From contig JAKFCT010000029.1 in NCBI GenBank assembly GCA_036676495.1, positions 32,001 to 96,000 of the forward strand: DNA of 64,000 bases, in the 5' to 3' direction. A program made the translations under genes and the position numbers. The number at the start of each line of letters is the position of its first letter. Position 1 is the first letter of the stretch. The DNA is from Candidatus Sericytochromatia bacterium (GTDB lineage Bacteria > Cyanobacteriota > Sericytochromatia > S15B-MN24 > UBA4093). The notes under the pieces are model-generated. The model had not been told where the DNA came from and searched no databases. It saw only the letters and a list, made by a program, of their open reading frames with translations. This document shows positions 37,029-46,640 of this stretch, piece by piece.

Positions 37029-37625
37029 TCAGGCCTCGGGCTCCTCGGGAGGCGGATCGCCCTGGTGCTTGAGGTAGCGGGCGAAGTCCGAGGCCGTCAC
37101 GTTGTCCACGAAGGTCCGGAAATCATCGGTATCCTGGTTGTAGCGGTCGTTGAGGGCGTCGATCTCGTCGATGAACTGGCTGACGTCCAGCTGAAGCAGC
37201 TCCAGCGCCGCCAGCATCGGGATGCCCTCGACGATCGCGATCTGGATCGCCTCGGTGGCGGTCATCGGGATCCGCCGCACCCGGCCGCGCGGCGTGCGCA
37301 GCACCAGAATGCCCTGCACGAAGGTGCCCTCGGTCGGATCCACGATCTTGCCGATCGGCTTCAACTCGACCCGGATCAGCGCGCAGTCCAGCTCTTCGAG
37401 AAAGGTGCCCAGCGACAGGGGAAGGCGCAACGGAACTCCGGGAGGCAGGGCGGGATTGCCCGCGGTGACGATCTGCTCGATGTTCTCCCGACTCGTCTCC
37501 AGGACGAACCCCCGGCCCTCACGGCGGGAACCGAGAAAGATCCCGTCCCGAACCGGGCTTTCGACATCCTCGACGATCTCAAACGCGCCCAAAAGGGTGA
37601 CGCGCCGCATTTTGCTCGTTGCCAC
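37029..37625 (-). CDS. Divergent bifunctional-nuclease (DUF151/BFN)-like protein
   Basis: FLEELDCALIRVEL...TFVQGILVL...MTATEAIQIAIVEGIPM follows the DUF151 layout; acidic tail FRTFVDNVTASDF. Confidence 0.6.
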   Translation of the reverse strand: MATSKMRRVTLLGAFEIVEDVESPVRDGIFLGSRREGRGFVLETSRENIEQIVTAGNPALPPGVPLRLPLSLGTFLEELDCALIRVELKPIGKIVDPTEGTFVQGILVLRTPRGRVRRIPMTATEAIQIAIVEGIPMLAALELLQLDVSQFIDEIDALNDRYNQDTDDFRTFVDNVTASDFARYLKHQGDPPPEEPEA

Positions 37626-37947
37626 GTTGGATCCCTGACTCCTTTGACCGTTTTGCCCCGGGTAAAGATGTCCATTGTAGCATAACCACCGGATCTCCAC
37701 GGCTTCAGCGGCTGGAAGCGCGCATCGGCGCGGCGTGACGCGGAGACCGGGGGGGCTCCGTTTGGAGTGGCGAGCGGGCGGGTATGTGAGGGGCAGTCCC
37801 TCGGGTCGAGCCACCCGCGGCGTTACCGTCCGCGGCGGTGCCGTCCGCGGCCCTGCCGCTCGCGGCCTTGCCGCCTCCGGCACGCGCGGGTGATTCGGTA
37901 CGGCTCACCGAGCCATTTCCCGGACTTACTGACAGGAACCTGCGTCA

Positions 37948-38496
37948 ATGACCCGATCCTTGCAACGCGCCATGGCTGCCAGCGCCCTCGTCGCCGCCCT
38001 TCTGACGAGCGGCTGCTCCGATCTTCCCGTCGTGGGGCCTGCCGTCGCATCGCTCAAGCCCATGCTCCAAGTCCTGGATCCGGTCCTCGGCCCGATCAAG
38101 GGCATGCTCGGCATGGCCGAGGAAGCCCCCCCGGCCGTCACGCCGACCCCGCGGCCCCGGGTGCGCCGGGCACGGGCACAAGCCCAAGCCCAGGCCCAGG
38201 CGGAGGCCGCCAGCGGATCGGTGGGCGCGGCCCCGGTCGAGACCTCCGAGGCGCACTTCGCCCGGGTGGTGGCGCGCAACAAGGAGTTCGATCGCCTGCG
38301 GACCACGGGGCTGATGCAACTTTACGGGGGCGAGACCCGGATGGCGATCGCCACCTTCGAGGAAGCCGCCAAGCTTCGCCCCGACGACGCCCATATCCGC
38401 GAGCTGATCGAGCTCGCGAAGCATCCGCCGCGCCCCGAGGGCGGCGGCGCGTCCTCGGGTGGGGTTCCCGCCCTCCCCGAGGGCTTCCTGCAATGA
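37948..38496 (+). CDS. Lipoprotein with a TPR-like helix pair
   Basis: TSGC lipobox; AIATFEEAAKLRPDD; first gene of the Bat-like cluster. Confidence 0.7.
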   Translation: MTRSLQRAMAASALVAALLTSGCSDLPVVGPAVASLKPMLQVLDPVLGPIKGMLGMAEEAPPAVTPTPRPRVRRARAQAQAQAQAEAASGSVGAAPVETSEAHFARVVARNKEFDRLRTTGLMQLYGGETRMAIATFEEAAKLRPDDAHIRELIELAKHPPRPEGGGASSGGVPALPEGFLQ

Positions 38497-38518
38497 GCGT
38501 CGGGGGGGTCTCACGCCG

Positions 38519-39058
38519 TTGATCCCCTTTCCCCTGGTCGCCGCGTCGGATGATATCCGCGGCCTCAAACCCTTCATGGCCACGGATCCCAACTGGCCCC
38601 TGATCGCCCTCTTCGCGCTCGTGGGCGTCGCGGCCCTGGCCTACGCCCTGTCGCTGCTCGTCCGGCCCCGCAAGAAGCCCGCCCGCCCCCCGGCAGCGGC
38701 CCCACTGGATCCCCCGCAGAGCATCCGCGGCCGCCTGGATGCCCTCAAGGCCAGCGACCTCTTCGATGCCGGCTCGGCCGTTCCCTTCTGCGACCAGCTC
38801 TCCGAGATCCTGCGCGACTTCCTGCGCCAGCGCTACGGCCTTTCGAGCCGCCGGCTCACCACCTCCGAGATCATGCAGTCGCTGCGCCCGCGCGGCCCCG
38901 AGGCCCTCTGCCGCTCGGTGGAAGACGTGCTGGTCAGCTGCGACCTGGTCAAGTTCGCCAAGGTCGACGCGGACGCCATGGGCCTCCAGCAGCTGCTCAC
39001 CACGGCTTACCTGGTGCTGGAATACGCCGACACCGCCCCCCGCCGAGGTGAGCCGTGA
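38519..39058 (+). CDS. Bat-cluster-associated membrane protein
   Basis: DIRGLKP, TM helix, LSEILRDFL, LTTSE, CDLVKFAK, typical of genes preceding BatA. Confidence 0.75.
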   Translation: MIPFPLVAASDDIRGLKPFMATDPNWPLIALFALVGVAALAYALSLLVRPRKKPARPPAAAPLDPPQSIRGRLDALKASDLFDAGSAVPFCDQLSEILRDFLRQRYGLSSRRLTTSEIMQSLRPRGPEALCRSVEDVLVSCDLVKFAKVDADAMGLQQLLTTAYLVLEYADTAPRRGEP

Positions 39059-40095
39059 GCCTCGCGAATCCCGCTTGGCTGCTCGCGCTCGGGATCCTTC
39101 CGGTCCTGGCGTGGCTGCTGCTGAATCGAAAACCCAAGGGCCTTCCGCTCTCGACCTACGGCCTCCTGGACGCCGCGTCCGGCAGGCGCGCCCGCCGGAA
39201 CCGCCTGCTCACGACGCTGCTGCGGCTGGGGGCGATCGCCTGCGTCATCCTCGCTCTCGCCCGTCCCCAGGCCCCCGGCCGCTGGGTCGAAGAGAAACAG
39301 CTGGGCATCGACCTCATGCTCGCCCTCGACGTCTCGGGCTCCATGCGCGCCGAGGACTTCCAGCCCGAGAACCGCCTCGCCGCCGCCAAGCGCGTCCTCA
39401 AGGACTTCGTGCAGCGCAACGCCAGCAACCGCATCGGCCTCGTCGCCTTCGCCGGCCGCTCCGTCACGCTCTGCCCGCTGACCACCGATACTCCCATCGT
39501 GCAGCAGGCCATCGACCGGATCCGCTTCGGGATCGCCGGCCAGGACGGCACCGCCATCGGGGACGGCATCGGAAACAGCCTCTACCGCCTCGAGGATCAG
39601 GCCGCCAAGAGCCGGGTCATCGTGCTCCTGTCGGACGGCGAGAACAACTCCGGCTACCTCCAGCCCCTGCAGGCCGCCGCCATGGCCAAGGCCAAGGGCG
39701 TGAAGATCTACACCATCGCCGTCGGCAAGCCGGGCGGCGCCGCCGTGCCCGCCGTGGATCGCGACGGCCGGGAGATCCTCGACGCCGCAGGCCGCAAGGT
39801 CTACCTCCGGAACCGGGACGGCAGCCCCTTCCTCACCGCCATGGACGAGATCACCCTCGAGCGCATCGCGCAGCTCACCGGAGGCCGCTACTTCCGGGCC
39901 ACCGACACCGCGGGCCTCCAGGCTGCCTACGCCGAGATCGCCAAGCTGGAGCGCACCGAGATCCCCAAGGAGCGCCGGCAAGTCCCCGACGAGCGCTACC
40001 CCTGGGCGCTGGGGCTCGGACTCGTCTTGGTGGTCACGGAGATCCTGGTCTCGCGCGGTCGCTGGCTCGTGCTGCAGGGAGGGAGAAATGCTTAG
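39055..40095 (+). CDS. BatA-like VWA domain protein
   Basis: LARPQ, DVSGSM MIDAS motif, GTAIGDG, LLSDGENN, GGRYFRA. Confidence 0.9.
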   Translation: MSLANPAWLLALGILPVLAWLLLNRKPKGLPLSTYGLLDAASGRRARRNRLLTTLLRLGAIACVILALARPQAPGRWVEEKQLGIDLMLALDVSGSMRAEDFQPENRLAAAKRVLKDFVQRNASNRIGLVAFAGRSVTLCPLTTDTPIVQQAIDRIRFGIAGQDGTAIGDGIGNSLYRLEDQAAKSRVIVLLSDGENNSGYLQPLQAAAMAKAKGVKIYTIAVGKPGGAAVPAVDRDGREILDAAGRKVYLRNRDGSPFLTAMDEITLERIAQLTGGRYFRATDTAGLQAAYAEIAKLERTEIPKERRQVPDERYPWALGLGLVLVVTEILVSRGRWLVLQGGRNA

Positions 40096-41812
40096 CTGGG
40101 ACCGCCCCACGGCGCTCTTCGCCTTCCTCTTGCTCTTGCCCTTGCTGGCCTTGATGGCGAGGGCGATCGCCCGCCTCCGCCACCGCCGCGATCGCTTCGC
40201 CGAAGGCCCTGCCCTCGACCGGATGGCCGTTTCCGGGAACGAAGGAGAAATCCTCGTTCGCATGGCCCTGACCTCCGCGGCCCTCGCCCTGGGGATCCTC
40301 GCCCTGGCGGGACCGCGCTGGGGCGGGCATCTCGGCAGCCTCCTGCCCGGCGAGTCGCCTTCCCTGGTCGTCGCGCTGGACGTCTCCCAGAGCATGCTCG
40401 CCGACGACCTCGAAGGAGGCCGCTTCACCCGCGCCCGGGCCGTCATGACCGAGGTCGTGGAAGGGCTTCCCGGCTGGCGCGTCGGCCTGGTCGCCTTCGC
40501 CGACGAAGCCCAGGTCTTCTGCCCGATGACGACGGATGCGGGGGCGCTGATCACCCTGGCGCAGCGAGCCCGCCCCGGCGCGGAGCTGAAGGGGGGCTCG
40601 AACCTGGAAGTCGCCCTCGCCACCAGCCAGGAGCTCCTGGGCAACCGTCCCGGCGCCATCCTTCTGCTGACCGACGGGGAGCAGCTCGCGGGCGACGCCT
40701 CGAAGGCCCTGCGGACCCTCAAGGAATCGGGAACTCAGCTGCTCGCCCTCGGCATCGGCACCGAGCGCGGAGGCAAGATCGCCTCGGGCACGGATCTCTT
40801 CGGCCAGGCCATCTACCGGACGTACCGGGGCGAACTGGTGATCAGCCGGCTCGACGAGCGCGGCCTCAAGGCCCTCGCCGGCAACGCGGGAGGGCATTAC
40901 CTCAACGCCCATGCCCCCGAGGCCGGCCCCCGGGCCGTGCAGCTCCTCACGGAGCGCTGGGGAGGAGCCCAGAGCGGGGAGGCGGGCCTCTCGCTGGCCG
41001 CCTGGCCCATGGTCCTCTGCCTTTTGCTCTTGATCGCCGAGACGACCTTCTCCGCCCGGCGGCGACTCGCCAAGCTGAGCTTCCCGCGGGTGCTGGATAG
41101 CGTCCTGAAGCGTTCGGGCCATCTGATCGCCGTCCTCGCGCTCACCCAGCTCGCATGGACCTGGCCCTGGAGCGGCGCCCTCGGCGAGGCCGCCCGGTCC
41201 TACGAGAAAGGCGATTACCCCGCGGCCGTCTCCCAGCTGGAGCGCGCCGTCGCGGCGAAGCCCGACGATCCGCGCTTGCTGTATGACCTGGGATGCAGCC
41301 GGTACCAGAGCGGGGACTTTCCGGGGGCGGCGATCGCCTTCAAAAAAGCCCTCGATCGCCTTCCGCCCGACTCGAAACTCCTCCCGTGGGCTCATTACAA
41401 CCTTGGCAACGCCCTGTTCAGGCAGTCAGAGCAAGCCAAGGACGGGAAGGGACTGTTGAAGGAGGCCGCGAAATCGTACGAGGCGGCCCTGGAGATCGCC
41501 CCGGAGGACGAGGACGCGCAGCATAACCTGGCGGTGGTCAAGGCGCGCCTGAGCGACGAGCCCGGCCGCCCCAACCCGCCGAGCGCGTCGGGGCAAGGGA
41601 ACTCGACGGGCTCGGGCGACGTCCCTGATCTACCGGCCCCCGATCAGGCCGAGATCGAGGCAACCCTGGACGCCCTGGAGCATGACGAGCGGCAGCGGCA
41701 GTCGGAAGCCGCCGAGGCGCCGCCGCAGACCCCGGCGACGGCGGGAGACCTGATGCGGCAATTGCTGCGCCAGGGTCCCGAAAGCTCCCAGCCGGACCGG
41801 AAAGACTGGTAG
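40088..41812 (+). CDS. BatB/BatC-like VWA-TPR fusion protein
   Basis: LAGPRWG, DVSQSM, LLTDGE, then TPRs (YDLG, YNLGNALF, DAQHNL). Confidence 0.85.
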   Translation: MLSWDRPTALFAFLLLLPLLALMARAIARLRHRRDRFAEGPALDRMAVSGNEGEILVRMALTSAALALGILALAGPRWGGHLGSLLPGESPSLVVALDVSQSMLADDLEGGRFTRARAVMTEVVEGLPGWRVGLVAFADEAQVFCPMTTDAGALITLAQRARPGAELKGGSNLEVALATSQELLGNRPGAILLLTDGEQLAGDASKALRTLKESGTQLLALGIGTERGGKIASGTDLFGQAIYRTYRGELVISRLDERGLKALAGNAGGHYLNAHAPEAGPRAVQLLTERWGGAQSGEAGLSLAAWPMVLCLLLLIAETTFSARRRLAKLSFPRVLDSVLKRSGHLIAVLALTQLAWTWPWSGALGEAARSYEKGDYPAAVSQLERAVAAKPDDPRLLYDLGCSRYQSGDFPGAAIAFKKALDRLPPDSKLLPWAHYNLGNALFRQSEQAKDGKGLLKEAAKSYEAALEIAPEDEDAQHNLAVVKARLSDEPGRPNPPSASGQGNSTGSGDVPDLPAPDQAEIEATLDALEHDERQRQSEAAEAPPQTPATAGDLMRQLLRQGPESSQPDRKDW

Positions 41813-41863
41813 AATGTCAAACATTGGGCTAGCCATCCCGCATGGCACTGGAAGGAGGATCCC

Positions 41864-42493
41864 TTGAAGCAGTTGATTCCCGCCCTCGCGCTCGTCGCGG
41901 TCGCGCCGCTGGCGCTCAGCCCGCTCTCGGCCATGGCGGCTCCCCCGGCGGCCTTCACCGCCACGGGAACGGCCTTGCTGCATGCCAACGGCAAGACGAC
42001 TGAGACCCGGACTCCCGTCAAGGTCTACTACCAGCAGGGGCAGATGCGCCTCGAGCTGAAGAATCCGGATTACGGCGACTCGGTGGTCCTCGTCCAGAAG
42101 GGCAAGAGCACGATGACGCTGATGGATCCGAAGCAGAAGATGGCCTTCACGGTGACTCCGGACGCCATGTCCCAGGCCGACAACCAGATCGCCATGAAGC
42201 AGCTGACGGATTTGACCGGCTGGAAGGGCCTGCTCCAGAAACAGGGCAAGCGTCTTGGCGGCACGCAGGTGATGGCGGGTCAGACCTGCTCGCTCTGGCA
42301 GACCACCCAGGGCAAGGCCACGACCAAGGTCTGGTTCGCGGATGCCCTCGAGCTGCCGATGCAGATCGAGACCGTGGTTTCCGGCAAGCCGACCTTCTCG
42401 CTCACCATCCAGTCGATCTCGACCGGCGGCAGCCACGGAGCCAACCTCTTCAAGGTCCCGGCCGACTTCACCCGGGCCGAACTCCAGAACTAG
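41864..42493 (+). CDS. Secreted DUF4412/LolA-like beta protein
   Basis: Signal peptide; MRLE, G..C..W, VWFA...LPMQ, LFKVPADF motifs. Confidence 0.7.
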   Translation: MKQLIPALALVAVAPLALSPLSAMAAPPAAFTATGTALLHANGKTTETRTPVKVYYQQGQMRLELKNPDYGDSVVLVQKGKSTMTLMDPKQKMAFTVTPDAMSQADNQIAMKQLTDLTGWKGLLQKQGKRLGGTQVMAGQTCSLWQTTQGKATTKVWFADALELPMQIETVVSGKPTFSLTIQSISTGGSHGANLFKVPADFTRAELQN

Positions 42494-42509
42494 CGCCCGC
42501 CGCACGCGC

Positions 42510-42556
42510 TCCAAACCGAACGCCCCCGAGCCAGGCTCGGGGGCGTTCGGTTTGGA
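42510..42556. terminator. Bidirectional terminator hairpin
   Basis: TCCAAACCGAACGCCCCCGAGCC/GGCTCGGGGGCGTTCGGTTTGGA between convergent genes. Confidence 0.75.
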
Positions 42557-42558
42557 AT

Positions 42559-42786
42559 TTAGTCCTCGTTGGGCTCGGGCATGTTGTCCAGCAGGGTCTG
42601 GACTTCGTCCCGGTAATCCTCGTAGTCCTCGATGCTGAGGGTCTCGCCCTCGGCGGCATCCTCTTCGAGGGCCTTGGGGTTCTCGGTGTAGAAGGTGATC
42701 TCCTCGTCGATGTCCTCGAGGCGCTCTTCGAGCAGGTCGCGGAGGATGTTGAGCTGTTGGTCCGTAACGGTGATGGTGTGCTTCAT
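42559..42786 (-). CDS. Small highly acidic hypothetical protein (75 aa)
   Basis: ATG at 42786 with AAGGA RBS, overlapping the upstream stop; 25 of 75 residues are D/E. Confidence 0.75.
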   Translation of the reverse strand: MKHTITVTDQQLNILRDLLEERLEDIDEEITFYTENPKALEEDAAEGETLSIEDYEDYRDEVQTLLDNMPEPNED

Positions 42787-43520
42787 TGAGGGTTCCTTTC
42801 GTTGAAGAGCACGGTGGCGGCAACCTGACGGGCTGCCCAGGCACTGGCGAAGAGCATGGCGATCGCCGTCGCGTCCACCACTCCCGCCAGGGCCCCGAAG
42901 TGATCGCGGGGCATCAAGGGGACGAGCGAGAGCCTGATCGGAATCACGATCACGGCTCCCATCCAGCCCAGCAGCACGGCCTCGGCGCGGTGGATCCGAT
43001 CCTTCGGCAGCTCGGTCCCCCACCAGTGCCAGAGCGCCACGCAGAAGACCGTGAGGCCCCAGGCGTAGACCCAGCCCCAGTGCACCAGGGGATCGGCCGG
43101 CCAGGCGAGATCCGACATGGCCAGGAAGAAGGCCAGTGCCAGCGCCAGGGTCGATCCGAGCGGCAAGCCCATGCCGAATCCCGGTCCGAGTCCTGGCAAG
43201 CGAATGACCGGATGCGCCGCCGCCAGCGCCCAGAGCGGCAAGCCCAGGAGCGCGGCGAACACGACGCCATGCGTCCATCCGCCAGCATACCCCAGAAGCT
43301 GGAGTCCGAGTAGTAGCAGACTCGCCACGCTCCAGAAACTCCGGGAAACGGGGCTCGTCACCCAAGCCACGGCGATCCACCCCAGCGCGAAGGCCGTGCC
43401 CAGGGCATGAAAGGGGCTTCCGAAGAGTCCGTTCCCCAGGAGAAGGGCCACTCCGTTGAGCAAAAGGGCGAAGAGCGCCCCCAGCAAGAGCCAGAACAAG
43501 CCCTCCTGCGGCCTAGTCAT
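42783..43520 (-). CDS. Hypothetical multi-pass membrane protein
   Basis: Seven to eight hydrophobic helices; start MTRPQ after GGGAGG. Confidence 0.65.
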   Translation of the reverse strand: MTRPQEGLFWLLLGALFALLLNGVALLLGNGLFGSPFHALGTAFALGWIAVAWVTSPVSRSFWSVASLLLLGLQLLGYAGGWTHGVVFAALLGLPLWALAAAHPVIRLPGLGPGFGMGLPLGSTLALALAFFLAMSDLAWPADPLVHWGWVYAWGLTVFCVALWHWWGTELPKDRIHRAEAVLLGWMGAVIVIPIRLSLVPLMPRDHFGALAGVVDATAIAMLFASAWAARQVAATVLFNERNPQ

Positions 43521-43692
43521 GAGGCCCTCCCAGCAGCCAGCCCGCCTCCAGCCCCAGAGCAAGCAGCGCCAAGGGGATCAGCAAGAGCAACAAGAGCCAG
43601 GAAAGGCCGATCAGCCAGGTATTCAGGGACGTGGATCGCTCGGCCGCGAGGGCATCGGGGTCTCGGACGGGGGAAGGCGGGTTCAGGGCCAT
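43513..43692 (-). CDS. Small single-pass membrane protein
   Basis: AAGGAGG RBS before MALNPP; one long Leu-rich helix; overlaps the next gene start. Confidence 0.55.
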   Translation of the reverse strand: MALNPPSPVRDPDALAAERSTSLNTWLIGLSWLLLLLLIPLALLALGLEAGWLLGGPHD

Positions 43693-43811
43693 GGGGGGGG
43701 CCTCCTTCGATCGCATGCCGTTCGCTGATGCTACCTCGCTTGCTTGGTTCGAGCTTCTTGGGGGCGGCCGAAAGGCATCGGCCAAAGCGCCCTAACTCGC
43801 CAAGCCCGTCG

Positions 43812-45251
43812 CTACCCGACGTTGCGCTTGGCCTGCTGCCAGAGTTCCTCGAGGGCGTCGAGGTCCAGGGAGTCGTAGCGATCGCCCGCCAGCTTCTCCA
43901 TCTCCCGGAAGCGCCGCAGGAAACGCGCGTTCGTCTCGCGCAGGGCCTCCTCGGGATCGACCTTCAGCCAGCGCGCCAGGTTCACGACCGCCATCAGGAC
44001 GTCGCCCACCTCGTGCGCGAGCTTCGCGCGATCGCCCGACGGCAGCTCGGCCTCCACCTCGCCGAGCTCCTCGCGGATCTTGGCGAGCACGCCATGGACG
44101 TCCGGCCACTCGAAGCGGGCCTTGGCCGCCTTGGACTGGATCTTCTCCGAGGCCGTGAGGGCCGGCAGCGGCAAGGGAACGCCAGAGATCCGCGACTCGG
44201 GCTGGGCCGCTTGCAGCTGTGCGGCCTGCTTCTCCTCGGCCTTGATCTCCTCCCAGCGCTGCTTGACCTCGCCGGCGGTATCCAAGGTGTCCTCCCCGAA
44301 GACATGGGGGTGCCGCCGGACGAGCTTCACGGCGAGCCCTTCCGCCACGTCCTCGATGTTGAAGAGGCCTTCCTCCTCGAAGATCTGCGCCTGGAGCACG
44401 ACCTGAAGAAGCAGGTCTCCCAGCTCCTCCTCGATCGCGTCGGGATCGTCCCGGTCGATGGCGTCGACGACCTCGTAGGCCTCCTCGAGCACGTACTTGC
44501 GCAGGCTCTGGGGAGTTTGCTCGCGATCCCAGGGGCAGCCGCCGGGAGCTCTCAGGCGGGCGATGATGTCGACGGCCCGGTACAGCCCCCGCTTGGCCCG
44601 AGGCGGGACGTAGAGGCTCGTGAGGTAGTCGATCCAGGGAAGCCGATCGATCTCGTAGAGCGGGACGGTCACGACCCGCTCCTGGCCCTCGATGCCCGCC
44701 GCGCGGATGATCACCACCTCGGCGTCATCCGGCAGGTGGCGCATCAGGGCGAGCTTGACGTCGGAGGCGACGGCCGGGGAGTAGAGCTGCAGGATCAGGG
44801 TGGGAACCTCGGGCTGCAGGGTCGCGCCTTCCATGGCGAGCCCGTCGAGGATCCGCAGGCCCTGGTTGGGGTCGATGCCGAGGCGGGCGTAAATGACCTC
44901 CAGGGCGCTCATGCCAGGCACGATCCGGATGGGGACCTCGGTCTGCTTGAGGAGCATGTGGACCGTGTCCTCGGCGACCAGGGGATGGCCGGGAACGGCG
45001 TAGACCAGGTCCGCGTCGGCGCCCATCGCGAGCAGGCGGGAGACGATGGTCGCGTAGACCTCGGAGAAGGCGCGGCCGTCTTCGTAGCAGTCGTCGAAGC
45101 TCTGCCAGGAGAGGCCCCAGTCCTTGAGGGCGCTCACGGTGGGGTGCTTCTCGGTTCGCAGCCAGAGGTTGGGGAGGCCGAGGGCGTCCCGGGCGGCGAG
45201 GGTGATGAGGCCGGGGTCTCCGGGCCCCAGTCCGACGACGGTGATGGCCAT
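43812..45251 (-). CDS. mazG: YabN-like tetrapyrrole methylase / MazG nucleoside triphosphate pyrophosphohydrolase
   Basis: VVGLGPG, LRT..HP, YAVPGHP; LRAPGGCPWDREQT, EEAYE, EELGD, RRHPHVF motifs. Confidence 0.92.
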   Translation of the reverse strand: MAITVVGLGPGDPGLITLAARDALGLPNLWLRTEKHPTVSALKDWGLSWQSFDDCYEDGRAFSEVYATIVSRLLAMGADADLVYAVPGHPLVAEDTVHMLLKQTEVPIRIVPGMSALEVIYARLGIDPNQGLRILDGLAMEGATLQPEVPTLILQLYSPAVASDVKLALMRHLPDDAEVVIIRAAGIEGQERVVTVPLYEIDRLPWIDYLTSLYVPPRAKRGLYRAVDIIARLRAPGGCPWDREQTPQSLRKYVLEEAYEVVDAIDRDDPDAIEEELGDLLLQVVLQAQIFEEEGLFNIEDVAEGLAVKLVRRHPHVFGEDTLDTAGEVKQRWEEIKAEEKQAAQLQAAQPESRISGVPLPLPALTASEKIQSKAAKARFEWPDVHGVLAKIREELGEVEAELPSGDRAKLAHEVGDVLMAVVNLARWLKVDPEEALRETNARFLRRFREMEKLAGDRYDSLDLDALEELWQQAKRNVG

Positions 45252-45312
45252 GTCCATTGCTCCAATCAATCATGATTCCGCGGAAGATCCGCCCTACCAG
45301 CATACCAAGAGA

Positions 45313-45341
45313 ACGAGCCTCCCGGATCCCGGGAGGCTCGT
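45313..45341 (-). terminator. Hairpin after prsA-like gene
   Basis: ACGAGCCTCCCGG/CCGGGAGGCTCGT stem. Confidence 0.55.
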
Positions 45342-45355
45342 CTTGGGACTTGAGT

Positions 45356-46480
45356 TTAGTCGTGGCTGCCCTTGGGGTGGCCGTGCTCGTCGAGCTCGAC
45401 GGGAGCGCCGCCTTCGCCGGTGGGGGCTCCGGGCATGCCGGGAGGCATGCCGCCGTGGGGGTCAGCGGGCTTCTGGTATTCGGGCTTGATGACGATCTTG
45501 GCGTCCTTCTTCTGGGCGTCGACCCAGGTCTGGAAGGCCTGATTGCGCTCCTGGGAAAGGAGGTTCTCGCGGATCTGCTCCTTGACCTGCTCGAAGGTCT
45601 CGGTGCGGGCGGGGCGGTACTCGCCGCGCTTGATGATGTGGTAGCCGAACTGGGTCTTGAAGGGCTCGGAGACCTCGCCTTCCTTCATGGTGAAGGCGGC
45701 CTTCTCGAACTCGGGCACCATGCGGCCCTTGCCGAAGAAGCCGAGGTCGCCCCCCTGGGCGCCGGAGCCGGGGTCCTCGGAGTTCTTCTTGGCGAGCTCG
45801 GCGAAGTCGGCGCCGCCGCGGATCTGCTTGAGGAGGTCCTGGATCTTGGCCAGGGCCTTGGCGTCGTCAGCCTTGGCATCCTTGGCGGTGGCGTCGGTCT
45901 TGATCAGGATATGGGCCGCCGAGACTTCTTCGTCATGCTTGAACTGGGCCTGGTTCTCGGTGTAGAAGGCCTTCAGGCGCTCCTCGGGGACCGAGAGGTC
46001 CTTGGTGACGTCCTTCATGAGGGTCTCGATGGTCACGCCCACGGTCACCTGCTGACGCAGCTCGGCCTCGGTGGTGCCGAACTCGCCGAGGGCCTTCTTG
46101 AAGGCGGCGTCATCGGGGAATTGCTTCTTGATCTCGGCGATCTTGGCGTCGATTTCTTCCGCGGTGGGCTTGATGCCCTTCTTTTGGGCTTCGGCCAGGA
46201 GGAAGGTCTGCTCGACGAGCTGCTCGACGACTCCGGCCTTGAGCTCGGCCAGCATCGGCTTGCCCTGGGGCGAGTTGAAGTCGACGCCGAAGCGCGCCTG
46301 GTACTGCTTCTTGGCCTGTTCGAAGGCCTTGTTGTATTCCTTGGCCGAGACCTTCTGGTCGTTGACCGTCGCCACGTAGGCGTTCTGCTGGCTGACGACG
46401 TACGTGCCGCCGGCCGCTCCTCCGCCTACCAGGACGGCAGCCGCCAATCCCAGCAGGACCTTCTTCGCGTTCTTCAACAA
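45356..46480 (-). CDS. PrsA/SurA-like parvulin peptidyl-prolyl isomerase
   Basis: VATVN, AAHILI, FAELAK.NSEDPGS..GGDLG, FEKAAF, FGYHII motifs. Confidence 0.9.
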   Translation of the reverse strand: MLKNAKKVLLGLAAAVLVGGGAAGGTYVVSQQNAYVATVNDQKVSAKEYNKAFEQAKKQYQARFGVDFNSPQGKPMLAELKAGVVEQLVEQTFLLAEAQKKGIKPTAEEIDAKIAEIKKQFPDDAAFKKALGEFGTTEAELRQQVTVGVTIETLMKDVTKDLSVPEERLKAFYTENQAQFKHDEEVSAAHILIKTDATAKDAKADDAKALAKIQDLLKQIRGGADFAELAKKNSEDPGSGAQGGDLGFFGKGRMVPEFEKAAFTMKEGEVSEPFKTQFGYHIIKRGEYRPARTETFEQVKEQIRENLLSQERNQAFQTWVDAQKKDAKIVIKPEYQKPADPHGGMPPGMPGAPTGEGGAPVELDEHGHPKGSHD

Positions 46481-46640
46481 TCTCTCTCCTCTATCGCAAC
46501 CCGGGGGGTTGCCTCATGGTACGCCTGATGTCGAACTCGCGTTGGTCCGTCATGGCTCAAGCGTTTTGGCAGGCGTTATGAGCCTTCTGCGGCTCATCTT
46601 ACCAGAGCCTCGACTCCTCCGACAGGGGGACCGTTCCGCC

